DNA from: Alphaproteobacteria bacterium
Lineage (GTDB): Bacteria > Pseudomonadota > Alphaproteobacteria > MPNO01 > UBA830
Reading direction: 5' to 3'
Assembly (NCBI GenBank): GCA_965243135.1
Contig: OZ251539.1
Location: forward strand, 4,768,001-4,832,000
Length of the DNA: 64,000 nucleotides
Part shown: positions 29,361 through 40,637 of the stretch, piece after piece
How positions within the stretch are numbered: position 1 is the first letter of the stretch
How the letters are laid out: every line of letters starts with the position of its first letter
Notes under the pieces: model-generated
What the model was told of the DNA's origin: nothing
Seen by the model: only the letters and a program-made list of their open reading frames with translations
Database searches by the model: none
Position numbers and translations under genes: made by a program

Positions 29361-29766
29361 CCCTCCCGGAGACTCTTGCGTTGCTCATAACGCCTTGAAA
29401 TACATGGATATTTCTGGGGAGAGGATTTTTCTTTGCCCCGATTCGAGCACGGAAAACTGCGGATTTTCCACACTCGGAACGCCGTTTTCGCAGATTCCGC
29501 CCCAAGCCGCTCCGCGACCGCGCGTCCGTGCGCAGCCCGAGATTGCCGCACGACGCCAGCCGAACGCGGACGGCGCGGGCGTCACCTCGCATTTCTTGCA
29601 CGCCCGCTGCCCGGAGCGTCGCCGTCGTAGCTCGGCAATCAGCCCCGCGCCGGCGCGACGCCTCGCCCCTCTCCCGAAAATCTCCGCGCGAACGGCCCCC
29701 CGTCATCCGGCAGTCGACGCGCGAGGAACGAGCGGCTCCGTTCACGAGCCATCGCCCTCCCGCAGG
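29361..29766. repeat. Second copy of the moaB 3' end plus downstream region (copy of 33387-33667, with a ~125-bp insertion)
   Basis: CCCTCCCGGAGACTCTTGCGTTGCTC...CTCGGAACGCCGTTTTCGCAGATTCC...GAGCGGCTCCGTTCACGA is shared; both copies encode LREGDGS* on the minus strand. Confidence 0.9.
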
Positions 29767-29836
29767 AGCGGCAGGCCGAACCCGCGTCGCGTTCTTTCGC
29801 GGAGGCGGCCGTCGAAACGTCCGGACGGGAAGCCGT

Positions 29837-31359
29837 TCAGGCGGTCTCGCAATCGAACCCGACGACGTTGCGCTCCTCGCGGCTGAACTCCACCCCGATC
29901 AGGTGGACCGAACGTCCGAGACGGCGGTACTTGTCCGCATAGCCCTTCTCCCGCAACTGCGCGAGCGCGGTCCCCTCCCGTCCGCGCTCCACCACCTTGA
30001 ACTCGAACAGGTAGACGCGCCCGTCGGCGCGGACCGCCATGTCGGCGCGCCCCCGGCTGCCGCTGTCCTCCGCGACCGGCTCGACCCCCTCCATCAGGAA
30101 GCAGTTGTGGATGACGCTCGCGTAGCGGGCCTCGTACACCGGGCTGTTCATGTACCACTGGTGCGGGATGGCAGCGAAAATGCCGCGGAACAGGGTTTCG
30201 AGACGCTTGAAGTCGTTCGCCGCCAGCAGCTCGCCCAGCCGCAGGTTCTCCGTCTCCTCGCGGGCCTCGCGGGAGCAGTTCTTCCAGCAGGGCCTCGCCC
30301 AGGCTTTGGCGCACCTCGAGGTTCGGGTAGTCCAGCCTGTAGCGCCCCTCCTCCTCGCCGGCGATGGTGAGGTAGCCGGTCTGGAACAGAAGCGCCTCGA
30401 CCGAGACCCTGTCCACGTCGAAGGTCGAGAGCAGGCTCTCGCTGCCGATCATGCCGTCCAGGCGGGGAGTGGGCAGGTTGCGGCGCGCCAGCGTCTCGAC
30501 CAGGAAGGTCGGCGTGCCGCTCTCGAACCAGTACGGGCGGAACTCGCGCCGCCGAAACAGCAGCAGGAGGCCGAACGGATTGTAGAGTTTCTCCGGCCCG
30601 CGCCAGTTGTAGCCGTTGTACCAGCGCCGGATCTCGTCCCGGTCCAGGCCCTCCAGTTCCGGGGCGAAGACCGCGTCCAGCTCCGCGTCCGTGCAGCCGC
30701 AGATGTCCGAGAACTCCGGCTCCAGCGTGACGCAGGTTGTTCAGGCCCGAGAACAGGCCCGATAACTTGCTCACCCCCGTCAGGAAAACGAAACGGAGAT
30801 GCCTGTCGCGCTCCTTGATCGCCCCGTACAGGCTGCGCAGAAAGTTGCGGTTGGCCAGCGCCAGCTCCCGGTCGCCGAGCGCGTCCAGGATCGGCTTGTC
30901 GTACTCGTCCACCAGAACGACCGTCCGCTGCCCGGTGCGCTCGTGCAGCGTCCTTATCAGGCGCCGGAAACGGACCGCCGCCCCGGCGGGACCCGGTTCG
31001 AGACCGGCCTGCATCTCCGTCTCTTCCAGCTGCGCTTCCACGGTTTCCCGAACCCCGTCCGGACCGTCGAAGCGGCCCACGCCGCTGAAATCCAGCCGCA
31101 CGACCGGGTGGCGCGCCGACCAGTCCCACCTGCCGTGCACGGCGAGGCCCCGGAACAACTCCTCGCTTCCTTCGAACAGCTCCTGCAGCGTGTCCACCAG
31201 CAGGGTCTTGCCGAACCGGCGCGGACGCGACAGAAAATAATATTGACCACCCTCGACAAGGCGGCGGACATGGTCCGTCTTGTCGACGTAGTAGCAGTCC
31301 ATCTCTCCCCGGATTTTCCGGAGGGAGGTCAAGCCGATCGGAAGCATGCGTTTCGCCAT
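29837..31359 (-). pseudogene. AAA-ATPase/PD-(D/E)XK nuclease, frameshifted tandem copy
   Basis: Near-identical to 31511-33049 but split over three frames by small deletions near 30730 and 30270. Confidence 0.9.
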
Positions 31360-31510
31360 TCGAAGAGGGTAGGCCGCCGCGCCGGAGCCGTCAAGAAGTC
31401 GGCGGCGGCGGGCCCGTCAAGCCGCGCGACGAACCGGCGGAACCGGCTGCCGCCGCAGGCCGAACCGCGGGCGGCGTTCTTTCGCGGCGGCGGCCGTGTC
31501 AGGAAGCCGT

Positions 31511-33049
31511 TCAGGCGGCCTCGCAATCGAACCCGACGACGTTGCGCTCCTCGCGGCTGAACTCCACCCCGATCAGGTGGACCGAACGTCCGAGACGGCG
31601 GTACTTGTCCGCGTAGCCCTTCTCCCGCAACTGCGCGAGCGCGGTCCCCTCCCGCCCGCGCTCCACCACCTTGAACTCGAACAGGTAGACGCGCCCGTCG
31701 GCGCGTATCGCCATGTCGGCGCGCCCCCGGCTGCCGCTGTCCTCGGCCACCGGCTCGAGGCCCTCCATCAAGAAGCAGCTGTGGATGACGCTCGCGTAGT
31801 GGGCCTCGTACTTCGCGACCGGGCTGTTCATGTACCACTGGTGCGGGATGGCGGCGAAAATGCCGCGGAACAGGGTTTCGAGACGCTTGAAGTCGTTCGC
31901 CGCCAGCAATTCGCCCAGCCGCAGGTTCTCCGTCTCCTCGCGGGCCTCGGCCGGGAGCAGTTCTTCCAGCAGGGCCTCGCCCAGGCTCTGGCGCACCTCG
32001 AGGTTCGGGTAGTCCAGCCGGTAGCGCCCGTCCTCCTCGCCGGCGATGGTGAGGTAGCCGGTCTGGAACAGAAGCGCCTCGACCGAGATCCTGTCCACGT
32101 CGAAGGCCGAGAGCAGGCTCTCGCTGCCGATCATGCCGTCCAGGCGGGGAGTGGGCAGGTCGCGGCGCGCCAGCGTCTCGACCAAGAAGGTCGGCGTGCC
32201 GCTCTCGAACCAATACGGGCGGAACTCGCGCCGTCGAAACAGCAGCAGGAGGCCGAACGGATTGTAGACCCTCTCCGGCCCGCGCCAGTTGTAGCCGTTG
32301 TACCAGCGGCGGACCTCGTCCCGGTCCAGGCCCTCGAGTTCCGGGGCGAAGACCGCGTCCAGCTCCGCGTCCGTGCAGCCGCAGATGTCCGAGAACTCCG
32401 GTTCCAGCGTGACGTCGATCAGGTTGTTCAGGCCCGAGAACAGGCCCGCCTTCGAGAACTTGCTCACCCCCGTCAGGAAAACGAAACGGAGATGCCTGTC
32501 GCACTTCTTGAGCGCCCCGTACAGGCTGCGCAGGAAGTCGCGGTTGGCCAGCGCCAGCTCCCGGTCGCCGAGCGCGTCCAGGATCGGCTTGTCGTATTCG
32601 TCCACCAGAACCACCGCCCGCTGCCCGGTGCGTTCGTGCAGGGCAGCGATCAGTTCCCGGAAGCGGACCGAAACTCTGGCGCTGCCCGGTTCGATGCCGG
32701 CCAGCCTCTCCGCCGCCTTCAGTTGCGATTCCGTTTCTTCCCGAACTCCGTCCGGGTCGCCGAAATCGCCCCCGCCGAAATCCAGCCGCACGACAGGATG
32801 ACGTATCGACCAGTCCCACTTGCCGTGCACGGCGAGGCCCCGGAACAGCTCCTCGCTTCCCTCGAACAACTCCTGCAGCGTGTCCACCAGCAGGGTCTTG
32901 CCGAACCGGCGCGGACGCGACAGAAAATAATATTGACCACCCTCGACGAGGCGGCGCACATGGTCCGTCTTGTCGACGTAGTAGCAGCCCAACTCTCCCC
33001 GGATTTTCCGGAGGGAGGTCAAGCCGATCGGAAGCATGCGTTTCGCCAT
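31511..33049 (-). CDS. AAA-ATPase-like domain plus PD-(D/E)XK nuclease protein
   Basis: LPIG, YYVDKT, SRPRRFGKT Walker A, VDEYDKP Walker B, FLTGVSKF; C-terminal GRADM...FEFK...AL.Q. Confidence 0.93.
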   Translation of the reverse strand: MAKRMLPIGLTSLRKIRGELGCYYVDKTDHVRRLVEGGQYYFLSRPRRFGKTLLVDTLQELFEGSEELFRGLAVHGKWDWSIRHPVVRLDFGGGDFGDPDGVREETESQLKAAERLAGIEPGSARVSVRFRELIAALHERTGQRAVVLVDEYDKPILDALGDRELALANRDFLRSLYGALKKCDRHLRFVFLTGVSKFSKAGLFSGLNNLIDVTLEPEFSDICGCTDAELDAVFAPELEGLDRDEVRRWYNGYNWRGPERVYNPFGLLLLFRRREFRPYWFESGTPTFLVETLARRDLPTPRLDGMIGSESLLSAFDVDRISVEALLFQTGYLTIAGEEDGRYRLDYPNLEVRQSLGEALLEELLPAEAREETENLRLGELLAANDFKRLETLFRGIFAAIPHQWYMNSPVAKYEAHYASVIHSCFLMEGLEPVAEDSGSRGRADMAIRADGRVYLFEFKVVERGREGTALAQLREKGYADKYRRLGRSVHLIGVEFSREERNVVGFDCEAA

Positions 33050-33386
33050 TCGAAGAGGGTAGGCCGCCGCGCCGGAGCCGTCAAGAAGTCGGCGGCTGCA
33101 GGCCTGTCTGCGTTGCGCGGCGAGCAGCCGGCAGTTTCCGCGGCGGCACGGGCGGCCGGCGGGAAAAGCGCGGAGGCGAGCGCGTTCGACGCACGGCCTG
33201 GAGGCCGCGGGCGGAAGCGAACGCCGACGGAATGCGCCGCCGCCGAACCTCCAGGGTTCGCTCGAAACCGCGGCTTGGGAGGCTCGCGGACAGCCTGAGG
33301 AAACAGGAAACCCGGAAATGCAACGCAAAGTCAGCGGGGGCCTGCGGAGGCGAAACAGGCAAGTCACCTCGCGGCCGAACGCTTAC

Positions 33387-33667
33387 CCCTCCCGGAGACT
33401 CTTGCGTTGCTCGTGACGGCTTGAAAATACGTGAATATTTCAGGGGCGAGGATTTTTTCCATGCCCCGATTCGGGCACGGAAAACCGTGGATTTTCCGCG
33501 CTCGGAACGCCGTTTTCGCAGATTCCACCCCAAGCCGCTCCGCGACCGCGCGTCCGTGCGGCCCGGCTCACCCCTCTCCCGAAAATCTCCGTGCGAACGG
33601 CCCACCGTCGTCCGGCGGTCGACGCGCAACGAGCGGCTCCGTTCACGAACCGTCGCCCTCCCGCAGG
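33387..33667. repeat. Native copy of the moaB 3' end/downstream repeat
   Basis: Direct repeat with 29361-29766. Confidence 0.9.
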
Positions 33668-34182
33668 CGCGGCATCAGTTCGACGAAATTGCAAGGCTTG
33701 TGGCGAATGTCCAGTTGATGGACCAGAATGCCGTCCCAGGCGTCCCGGCACGCCCCGGTGGAACCGGGCAACGCGAACAGGTAAGTGCCGTCCGCCACGC
33801 CCGCGGTCGCCCGCGACTGAATCGTCGACGATCCGATCGTTTCGTAGGACAGCATGCGAAACAGCTCTCCGAAACCCGGGATCTCCTTCTCCCAGACGTC
33901 GCGAAACGCTTCGGGCGTGACGTCGCGCCCCGTGACGCCCGTGCCTCCGGTGGAGATCACCGCATCGATATCGGGGCGCGCGATCCATTGCCGCAACCGG
34001 TCGGCGATGTCCCGCCGGTCGTCCTTGACGATGGCGCGGTCCGCGACCGAATGCCCCGCGGCCCTTATCCGTTCGGCAAGCGTATCGCCGGACCGGTCGT
34101 CTTGGACGGTCCGGGTATCGGACACCGTCAGCACCGCGACGTTGATCGGGGCGAAGGGGATGCGCTCGTCAATGCCGGACAT
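33643..34182 (-). CDS. moaB: Molybdenum cofactor biosynthesis protein B
   Basis: [41 protein letters not shown]. Confidence 0.95.
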   Translation of the reverse strand: MSGIDERIPFAPINVAVLTVSDTRTVQDDRSGDTLAERIRAAGHSVADRAIVKDDRRDIADRLRQWIARPDIDAVISTGGTGVTGRDVTPEAFRDVWEKEIPGFGELFRMLSYETIGSSTIQSRATAGVADGTYLFALPGSTGACRDAWDGILVHQLDIRHKPCNFVELMPRLREGDGS

Positions 34183-35869
34183 TTGCGGCGGCGCCCTCGA
34201 CGGCGCGATACAGGGGATGCAGGTTCGCGGCGAGCGCGTCCAGAGACGGCGCGGGCTCGCCGAAACGCTCGCGATACATCCACAGATTGGACAGAACGCG
34301 CTCGACGAAGATGCGCGTCTCGCGCGCCGGCATGCTTTCGATGAACATGAGCGGATCCTCGTACCGCGCCTTTTTCTTCCACTTTCTGAGATTTCCCGGG
34401 CCGCCGTTGTAGGCGGCGGCCATCAGCAGCAGATCGCCGCCGATGTGCTCGTCTTCCAGGAGGTATCTGACGTATTTCTGCCCCACGGAAAGATTGAGCA
34501 CGGGATCGTACAGCAGATCTTGCGCCGGTCCGCGGAAGCGCCGCTTTTCGACGTAGCTGGCGGTGCCCGGCATCAACTGCATCAGCCCGCGGGCTCCGGC
34601 CCTGCTGCGCGCCCGCGCGTGGAAGGCCGATTCCTGGCGCATAAGGGCGTAGATGAGGGCGCGGTCCACGCTGAAGCCGTCCCGCGGACGCCAGGACGGC
34701 ACCGGATAGAGAGCGCGGGCGCGCATCCGGTCCGGGAGCAACGCCATGGCGGCCCTGAGAGACGCCATCGGAAGCCGCGCGATTTCCGCGACCGACGCGA
34801 CCGCTTCGGTGATTTCGGAATCGTTTCCGTCGATCATGAAGCGGAGCTCGCGATCCGCCCTCGCGAACCGTCCGACCTGAAGCAGCGCGAGGGCGCGCAG
34901 GCCGCCCTTCCGTCCGGTCACGAGCTCCAGCTCTTCCCGGCGCAACGCCTCGTCCCTCCAGTCGAACGGCGTGTCCCCGCCGAGCCAGCGGCGCGCGAGG
35001 GCGCCGTAGAACGTTCGCGGCTCCCGGGCGGCGCTTTCGAGAAGGGAAGAGACGCTCTCGGGCTTGCCGCCCAGAAGGCCGGCGCGCGCCGCCCAGAAAG
35101 CTCCGGCCGCGCGATCCTCGCCGCCGACTTCCGCCGAATCCGCGACCGCCGCGAAATGGCGCGACGCGGCGTCGTAACGTTCGAGACGAAACGCGGAAAG
35201 GCCGGCGATCCAGTGCGCGTAGGGCAGCTTTGCGCCGGACCTTTTCGCAGCCGCTCGCGCCATGTCGAACGCCTTCCCGGCGTCGCCGTAGAAGAACCAG
35301 CCTGCGGCGATGCGGGTGCGGGCGCGATCGTATCCGAGCGCGCCGAGGGTTTTCCCGTTCCTCGCGACGTAGCGCGTCGCGAGCGTCAGCCGGTCGAGGC
35401 GCACCAGACTGCGCACCTCCCTGAGTATCCGATTCGCCGCCCCGCCCGCCGGCCGATGCCCGGCGCGGTCGATGGTCTCGGCCGGCGCCGCGGAGTGGTG
35501 AAGGCGCGCCGCCGGCTTCCGCGGGGCCTTCGCGCCCTTGGGCTGCCGTCTTTTCGCCAGACGGTATATTCGCCTGGCGTCCGGGAGATCGGCATAGGCC
35601 TCCATCCAGCGGGCGAGTTCCTCGAACTTCGACCGGTATTCGGACGAATCCGGATACAGATAGCGCTGGGCGAGGACGTGTCCCAGCAGGATCTCGTCTT
35701 CGAGCGCGCCGATGAGCCGATCGGCGGCGCGCCAGTCGGCTTCGTCCTGAAGCGCGAAGATTTCCGCGTAACGCCGCTCGTCCGCCGACGAGAGAACGTC
35801 GGGCAAAGTCGAAGCGCCGGCCGGCATAACGAGAAACGCCGCCAGCGCCGCAGCCGCAAGAGTCCGCAA
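34169..35869 (-). CDS. Soluble lytic murein transglycosylase
   Basis: Signal peptide; [36 protein letters not shown] motifs. Confidence 0.93.
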   Translation of the reverse strand: MRTLAAAALAAFLVMPAGASTLPDVLSSADERRYAEIFALQDEADWRAADRLIGALEDEILLGHVLAQRYLYPDSSEYRSKFEELARWMEAYADLPDARRIYRLAKRRQPKGAKAPRKPAARLHHSAAPAETIDRAGHRPAGGAANRILREVRSLVRLDRLTLATRYVARNGKTLGALGYDRARTRIAAGWFFYGDAGKAFDMARAAAKRSGAKLPYAHWIAGLSAFRLERYDAASRHFAAVADSAEVGGEDRAAGAFWAARAGLLGGKPESVSSLLESAAREPRTFYGALARRWLGGDTPFDWRDEALRREELELVTGRKGGLRALALLQVGRFARADRELRFMIDGNDSEITEAVASVAEIARLPMASLRAAMALLPDRMRARALYPVPSWRPRDGFSVDRALIYALMRQESAFHARARSRAGARGLMQLMPGTASYVEKRRFRGPAQDLLYDPVLNLSVGQKYVRYLLEDEHIGGDLLLMAAAYNGGPGNLRKWKKKARYEDPLMFIESMPARETRIFVERVLSNLWMYRERFGEPAPSLDALAANLHPLYRAVEGAAANVRH

Positions 35870-35936
35870 TCCACACCTCCCGTCGCTCGGACGGAATTAA
35901 ACAAATCCGGGAAGCCCCGCAAGAACCGTCCGGCGT

Positions 35937-36773
35937 TCAGTTCGCGTCCAGCCGGTCCCTGATTTCGAGCAGGTCGCTCCACGTCAACCGCTTCTGCGCC
36001 GGTTGACGGAGGAGGTAGGCGGGATGCAGAAGCGCCCGCGCGGTCATCGGCTCTCCCTCGGGAGGGCGGTATTTGAGCCATCGCCCGCGGAGGCGCAGGA
36101 TCCCTTCTTTGGAGCGCAGCAACGATTTCGCCGAGACGCCTCCGACCAGGACGAGGATTTGCGGAGCGGCCAATTCGATGTGCCGTTCGACGAAGGGCAG
36201 GCAGGCCGCGATTTCGGAATCGGTGGGGTTTCGATTCCCCGGCGGCCTCCATGGAACGATGTTGGAAATGTAGGCCTCCTCGCGCGCGATTCCGATCGCC
36301 TCGAGCATCCTGTCGAGCAGACGGCCGGCAGGGCCGACGAACGGCAGGCCCTGGCGGTCCTCGTCCGCTCCCGGCGCCTCTCCGACCAGCATCAGCGGCG
36401 CCCCGGGCCTGCCGTCGGCGAAGACGAAATTCGTGGCGGTCGCCTTCAGCGGACATTCGTCGAAGGCTTCGAAGGCGGCGCGCAGTTCCGCCAGCGTGGC
36501 GGCGGCGGCCGCGGTCTCCCTCGCGGTTTGCACGTTCGCCTCCCGCGAGCGGAGCGCGGGCGCCGGGGAGGGCGGCTGCGGCGCCGCCGCCGGGGGCTGT
36601 CGCGGCGAAGGGGCCGGCTGCCGCGGCGCGCGGGACGTGGAAGCCGGAGGTTTCCGGGGCGCGGGACGCAGCGCGAACCTGTCGACGGGCGCGTCGCCGA
36701 TGGCCTCGTCCGCGCCGGCCGCGACGTACAATTCCAGCAGCGCCGCCTCGGCGCCTGAAAACTCCTCGTTCAT
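35937..36773 (-). CDS. Uracil-DNA glycosylase family 4
   Basis: [36 protein letters not shown]. Confidence 0.93.
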   Translation of the reverse strand: MNEEFSGAEAALLELYVAAGADEAIGDAPVDRFALRPAPRKPPASTSRAPRQPAPSPRQPPAAAPQPPSPAPALRSREANVQTARETAAAAATLAELRAAFEAFDECPLKATATNFVFADGRPGAPLMLVGEAPGADEDRQGLPFVGPAGRLLDRMLEAIGIAREEAYISNIVPWRPPGNRNPTDSEIAACLPFVERHIELAAPQILVLVGGVSAKSLLRSKEGILRLRGRWLKYRPPEGEPMTARALLHPAYLLRQPAQKRLTWSDLLEIRDRLDAN

Positions 36774-37060
36774 GGACGAACGATAGCACAGTCGCAGTTC
36801 TTTGACCGCGCCGCGTCGTCGCCCGGCGAATCGAAAGGCCTGCGGCGGCGGGGCCGTTCCTGCGGTCCGACGGGCCGCTTCGCCCGTGTCGGTCCGAACG
36901 CCGCCTTTCGCTTCGGCAGGAATGGCCGCGCCCTGCGCGTCCAGCCGCGGACGCAAGGCGCGAAGCCCCGGCTCGGCGACGCCTCGGCGCGCTGCGGCCG
37001 GACTCGCGCCAAAAACCTTCCGGCGACGGTTCCACCGACGCGGCGCAAGGCATATATTAG

Positions 37061-38823
37061 CCCGCATATCTCACCAGAGCGAATCAGGGGGCTGGATTCG
37101 GGTTGCGGGCGCGGTTTTCGGGACGACCGGCGAGCCGGGGAAACAGGGCGCAGTCAGCAAGCAGGGCTTTCTCACGAACGAAACACGAACTTGCGCGGCT
37201 GCGGGCGACTCCGACGCCATGGAATCCAATGCCCGAACATACCCGTCCCGTGGCCGGCGTTCCGGCTTTCGAAAAAGGGTTGTCGGGGCCGCGAGCGGCG
37301 TCAGGTCGGGGCCGGCGGCGCAGCCGCCTGCAAGTTCGCCAGGACCCGGGCGAACAGATCCTTCCACGGCCAGACCGACGAAAACGAGAGCAGAACCCTC
37401 CGAACGGAGATGCGGATGCAGACGGCGACCTTGAGGAGCTTCGTCCGAATCGTTCCGGCCTGCGCCCTGTCCTCCCCGGTGCCGGCCAGGCCGACCCTCC
37501 GAATCGCCGCCACCAGGTGGCTGGCGAACGTCGCAAAGTCGAGGCGCAACTGGTTCGCCCGCATGGTCGCGGTCGAGGTCCGGTCGGCGAACAGGTCGAG
37601 CTGCTGTTCCTTGATGCGGTTCTCCATTTCGCCGCGCGCGCAGTACAGATCCTCGTAGAGAGCCTGCGCTCCCGCCCGCTTGCAGCCCAGCGAAGTCACG
37701 ACGAAGCGGGCGTTGAGGCCGCGAGGACCCGGCAGCCACTCCGCCTTCGCGACCACCCGCCGCGTCCGGCTCCACGACCTCCGGGTTCGGTACCGGAAGT
37801 CGCAGAACCGCCGCGACGCCTTGCCGGTCGAGAGGCAGCGGCGGCGCGACTTGCGCAACTGCCTGGCGATGCGCCCCGCCAGGCGGGGGTTGCGGGACAG
37901 GCCGAACAGGTAGTCGACCCCGTTGTCTTCGCACCACGTCATGAGTTCGTCGCGGCAAAAGCCGCCGTCGCCGCGAACGACGATCCCGGTCTCCGGCCAG
38001 CGCTTGCGAATGCGCTCCACAATCCGTGCCAACTCCTCCGCCGTGCCCGCCGCCGGGTCGACGTTCGCAGGCCGCAACCGCGAACACAAAATCAGATCGT
38101 CCCACACGATGTAGAGCGGAAGGTAGCAGTATGAGTCGTAGTAGCCGTGGAAGTGACGCCCCTCCTGGTTGCCGTGCACCAGGTCGTCGGTGGAGTCGAC
38201 GTCCAGCCAGATCTCTTTCGGCGGCGACGGACAGGCGTCGAGGGACAAGTCGATCTTGAGATCGTCCAGCGCTCCCGGAATGGCCGTGATCTTCTTGTAC
38301 CGGTGCGTCTCGGCCTCGCCGGGAACGCCCAGCTCGAACCGGTTCACGGTGCTCGAACCGGCCAGTGGAATGCCGCGGTCGCGCTCCCGAACCCGCTCCT
38401 CCCCGGTCAGGTCGGTGCACCCGACAGCCAGCGCCAGCACGCTGTCGGCCCGAATCTGGTCGTGATCGTTCACGTCCTCGTAACCCAGCAAAAGGCCGAA
38501 CAGCCGCTGTGAAACCAACCGCCGCACCGGGTGCTCGAGGCGTTCCTGACATCGGTGATCCTCGAAGCAAGCCGCCATTCGCGGCGTCAGGTCGAGCAGC
38601 GTGTCGGCCTGGCGCAACAGCGTCGCGCCGCCGTCGGTGCTGAGCCGGCCGCCTTCGAAATCGCCGACCACCTTGCGGCTTCCGAGGCCTTGAAACTCAA
38701 GCTGCAACGGTTTACAGTCTGTTGGCATGGGGTTTTCCTTCGCAGGTCGTGTAGTGGCTTGATTCTTCTATATGTACTGCGAATCGAAGACCCCATGCAA
38801 CCAGTTGTGGTGAGATATCCGGG
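37061..38823 (-). mobile_element. Complete IS1380-family insertion sequence, 1763 bp
   Basis: 16-bp IRs CCCGCATATCTCACCA (37061) and TGGTGAGATATCCGGG (ending 38823); TTAG target duplication at 37057-37060 and 38824-38827. Confidence 0.95.
37301..38728 (-). CDS. IS1380 family transposase
   Basis: FEGGRLSTDGG, GYEDVNDHD, DVDSTDD..HGNQE, VRGDGGF, YCARGEMENRIKEQQ. Confidence 0.95.
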   Translation of the reverse strand: MPTDCKPLQLEFQGLGSRKVVGDFEGGRLSTDGGATLLRQADTLLDLTPRMAACFEDHRCQERLEHPVRRLVSQRLFGLLLGYEDVNDHDQIRADSVLALAVGCTDLTGEERVRERDRGIPLAGSSTVNRFELGVPGEAETHRYKKITAIPGALDDLKIDLSLDACPSPPKEIWLDVDSTDDLVHGNQEGRHFHGYYDSYCYLPLYIVWDDLILCSRLRPANVDPAAGTAEELARIVERIRKRWPETGIVVRGDGGFCRDELMTWCEDNGVDYLFGLSRNPRLAGRIARQLRKSRRRCLSTGKASRRFCDFRYRTRRSWSRTRRVVAKAEWLPGPRGLNARFVVTSLGCKRAGAQALYEDLYCARGEMENRIKEQQLDLFADRTSTATMRANQLRLDFATFASHLVAAIRRVGLAGTGEDRAQAGTIRTKLLKVAVCIRISVRRVLLSFSSVWPWKDLFARVLANLQAAAPPAPT

Positions 38824-38892
38824 TTAGGATGCGATAGCCTTCCTCCGGCTCGCGTCGACGGTCGGAGGAACGTGCCGAAAGGATGACGAAAC

Positions 38893-40614
38893 ATGCGCGG
38901 AATGCGCGTCGCGATACCGGTTGCGATCATCGCCGCCTTCGGCTGCGCGCCCGACCGGCAAACGGTGGCTTCGCGGGTGGCGGACGCTTCCGGCGGTTCG
39001 AGGGTTCAGTCGACGGGACAGGTCGGGTCTTCGAAGGCCGGAAGCTTTCTGGCCGGCAACCACGCCCGGAAACTGAACGACTTTTCTTCGGAAGCCGACT
39101 TTCTGGCGCGCGCGCTGGCGGCCGACCCGGAAAACCGGCGCCTGAGGCGTCGGGCGTTCCTTGCCGCGCTCGCTGCGGGCCGCGTCGACGAAGCCGTCGA
39201 ACTGGCGCCGGCGGCCGGCCGGACAATGCTGGCCAGGCTCGCCCTGGCCGTCGAGGCGGTGAGAAAGAAGGATTTTCCCCAAGCGGAAAAAATACTGGTC
39301 GAACTGCCCGAGCGCGGCGCCGGCGCAGTCGTCAAGCCGCTTCTTCTCGCATGGGTCAAGGCGGAAACCTCCCCCGACGAAGCGCTGGAGGCCCTGGAGC
39401 CGATCAAGGAAGTGCGGGGACTCGCGTTGTTCGACCTCCATGCGGCGCGCATATTGGAAGTGACGGGCAAAGCGGAGGCGGCGTCGGAGCGCTACGAGAA
39501 AGCGAGAGAGAACTTCGAAGCCTTGCCGCTGCGGCTGGCCCGGAACCTGGGACGCCATTACGAGCGAACCGGGCGCACCGACGACGCGAGAACGCTCTAC
39601 GAGGACTACCTGGAGGAAGAACCGGACGCGGATATCGTGCGGTCCGAGCTGCAGCGGCTCGAAAGCGGCGAACGACCGGAACCGCTGATCGCGGATGCGT
39701 CGGCCGGCGTATCCGAAGCGTTGTTCGACCTCGCCGGCAGGATGGCGCGGCAGGCGCAGTTCGCCCTCGCGTGCGGACGCCTGTCCCTCCGGCTGCGCCC
39801 CGGCTTCGATTCGGCGCGCCTGCTGGTGGCGGGAATTCTCGAATCCATGGACCGGTACGAGGAAGCGATCGCCGCCTTCCGGCAAATCGTCGAGGATTCT
39901 CCTATGGCATGGTCCGCGCGGCTGAGCGTCGCGCGCAACCTGGAGCAACTGGAGCGCGACGCCGACGCCGTCGCGCTGCTCGTCGAGCTTTCCCGCGAAG
40001 GTCCCGCACGTTACGCCGCCTTCGTCGGTCTCGGCGATCTGTATCGCGCCAACGAACAGTACGAGAAGGCCATCGAAGCCTACGACAGCGCGGTCGACGC
40101 GGCGGGCGCGATCGGCAAAGGTCACTGGACGCTGCTGTATTCGCGGGGAATCGCGCTGGAGCGAGCGAAGGAATGGGACCGCGCCGAAAAGGACTTCGAG
40201 CGCGCGCTCAGGCTCAACCCGGACCAGCCTTACGTCCTCAATTACCTCGCCTATTCGTGGGTGGATCAGGGCGTCAATCTCCAGCGCGCCCGCAAGATGA
40301 TCGAGCGCGCGGTCGAGCAGCGTCCCGACGACGGCTACATCGTCGACAGTCTGGGATGGGCCCTTTACCGCCTGGAGAACTTCAAGGAGGCGGTGGTTCA
40401 TCTTGAGCGCGCCGTCGAGCTGCGGCCTCGGGACCCGACGATAAACGACCATCTGGGAGACGCGTACTGGCGGGCCGACCGGCGCCGCGAAGCGCGTTTC
40501 CAGTGGAAACGCGCGCTGACGCTGGATCCGGAACCCGAGATGGTCTCCGCGATAGAGGACAAGGTCCGCAACGGCCTCGAGGACGATCCCCCGAAGAACG
40601 AACAGGACGGCTGA
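38893..40614 (+). CDS. Tetratricopeptide repeat (lipo)protein
   Basis: Lipobox-like AFGC; VLNYLAYSW, DSLGWALY, NDHLGDAYW..R..EARFQW; usual neighbour of ispE. Confidence 0.92.
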   Translation: MRGMRVAIPVAIIAAFGCAPDRQTVASRVADASGGSRVQSTGQVGSSKAGSFLAGNHARKLNDFSSEADFLARALAADPENRRLRRRAFLAALAAGRVDEAVELAPAAGRTMLARLALAVEAVRKKDFPQAEKILVELPERGAGAVVKPLLLAWVKAETSPDEALEALEPIKEVRGLALFDLHAARILEVTGKAEAASERYEKARENFEALPLRLARNLGRHYERTGRTDDARTLYEDYLEEEPDADIVRSELQRLESGERPEPLIADASAGVSEALFDLAGRMARQAQFALACGRLSLRLRPGFDSARLLVAGILESMDRYEEAIAAFRQIVEDSPMAWSARLSVARNLEQLERDADAVALLVELSREGPARYAAFVGLGDLYRANEQYEKAIEAYDSAVDAAGAIGKGHWTLLYSRGIALERAKEWDRAEKDFERALRLNPDQPYVLNYLAYSWVDQGVNLQRARKMIERAVEQRPDDGYIVDSLGWALYRLENFKEAVVHLERAVELRPRDPTINDHLGDAYWRADRRREARFQWKRALTLDPEPEMVSAIEDKVRNGLEDDPPKNEQDG

Positions 40615-40637
40615 TTTTGGGCTCCTCCGGCGAGGGG

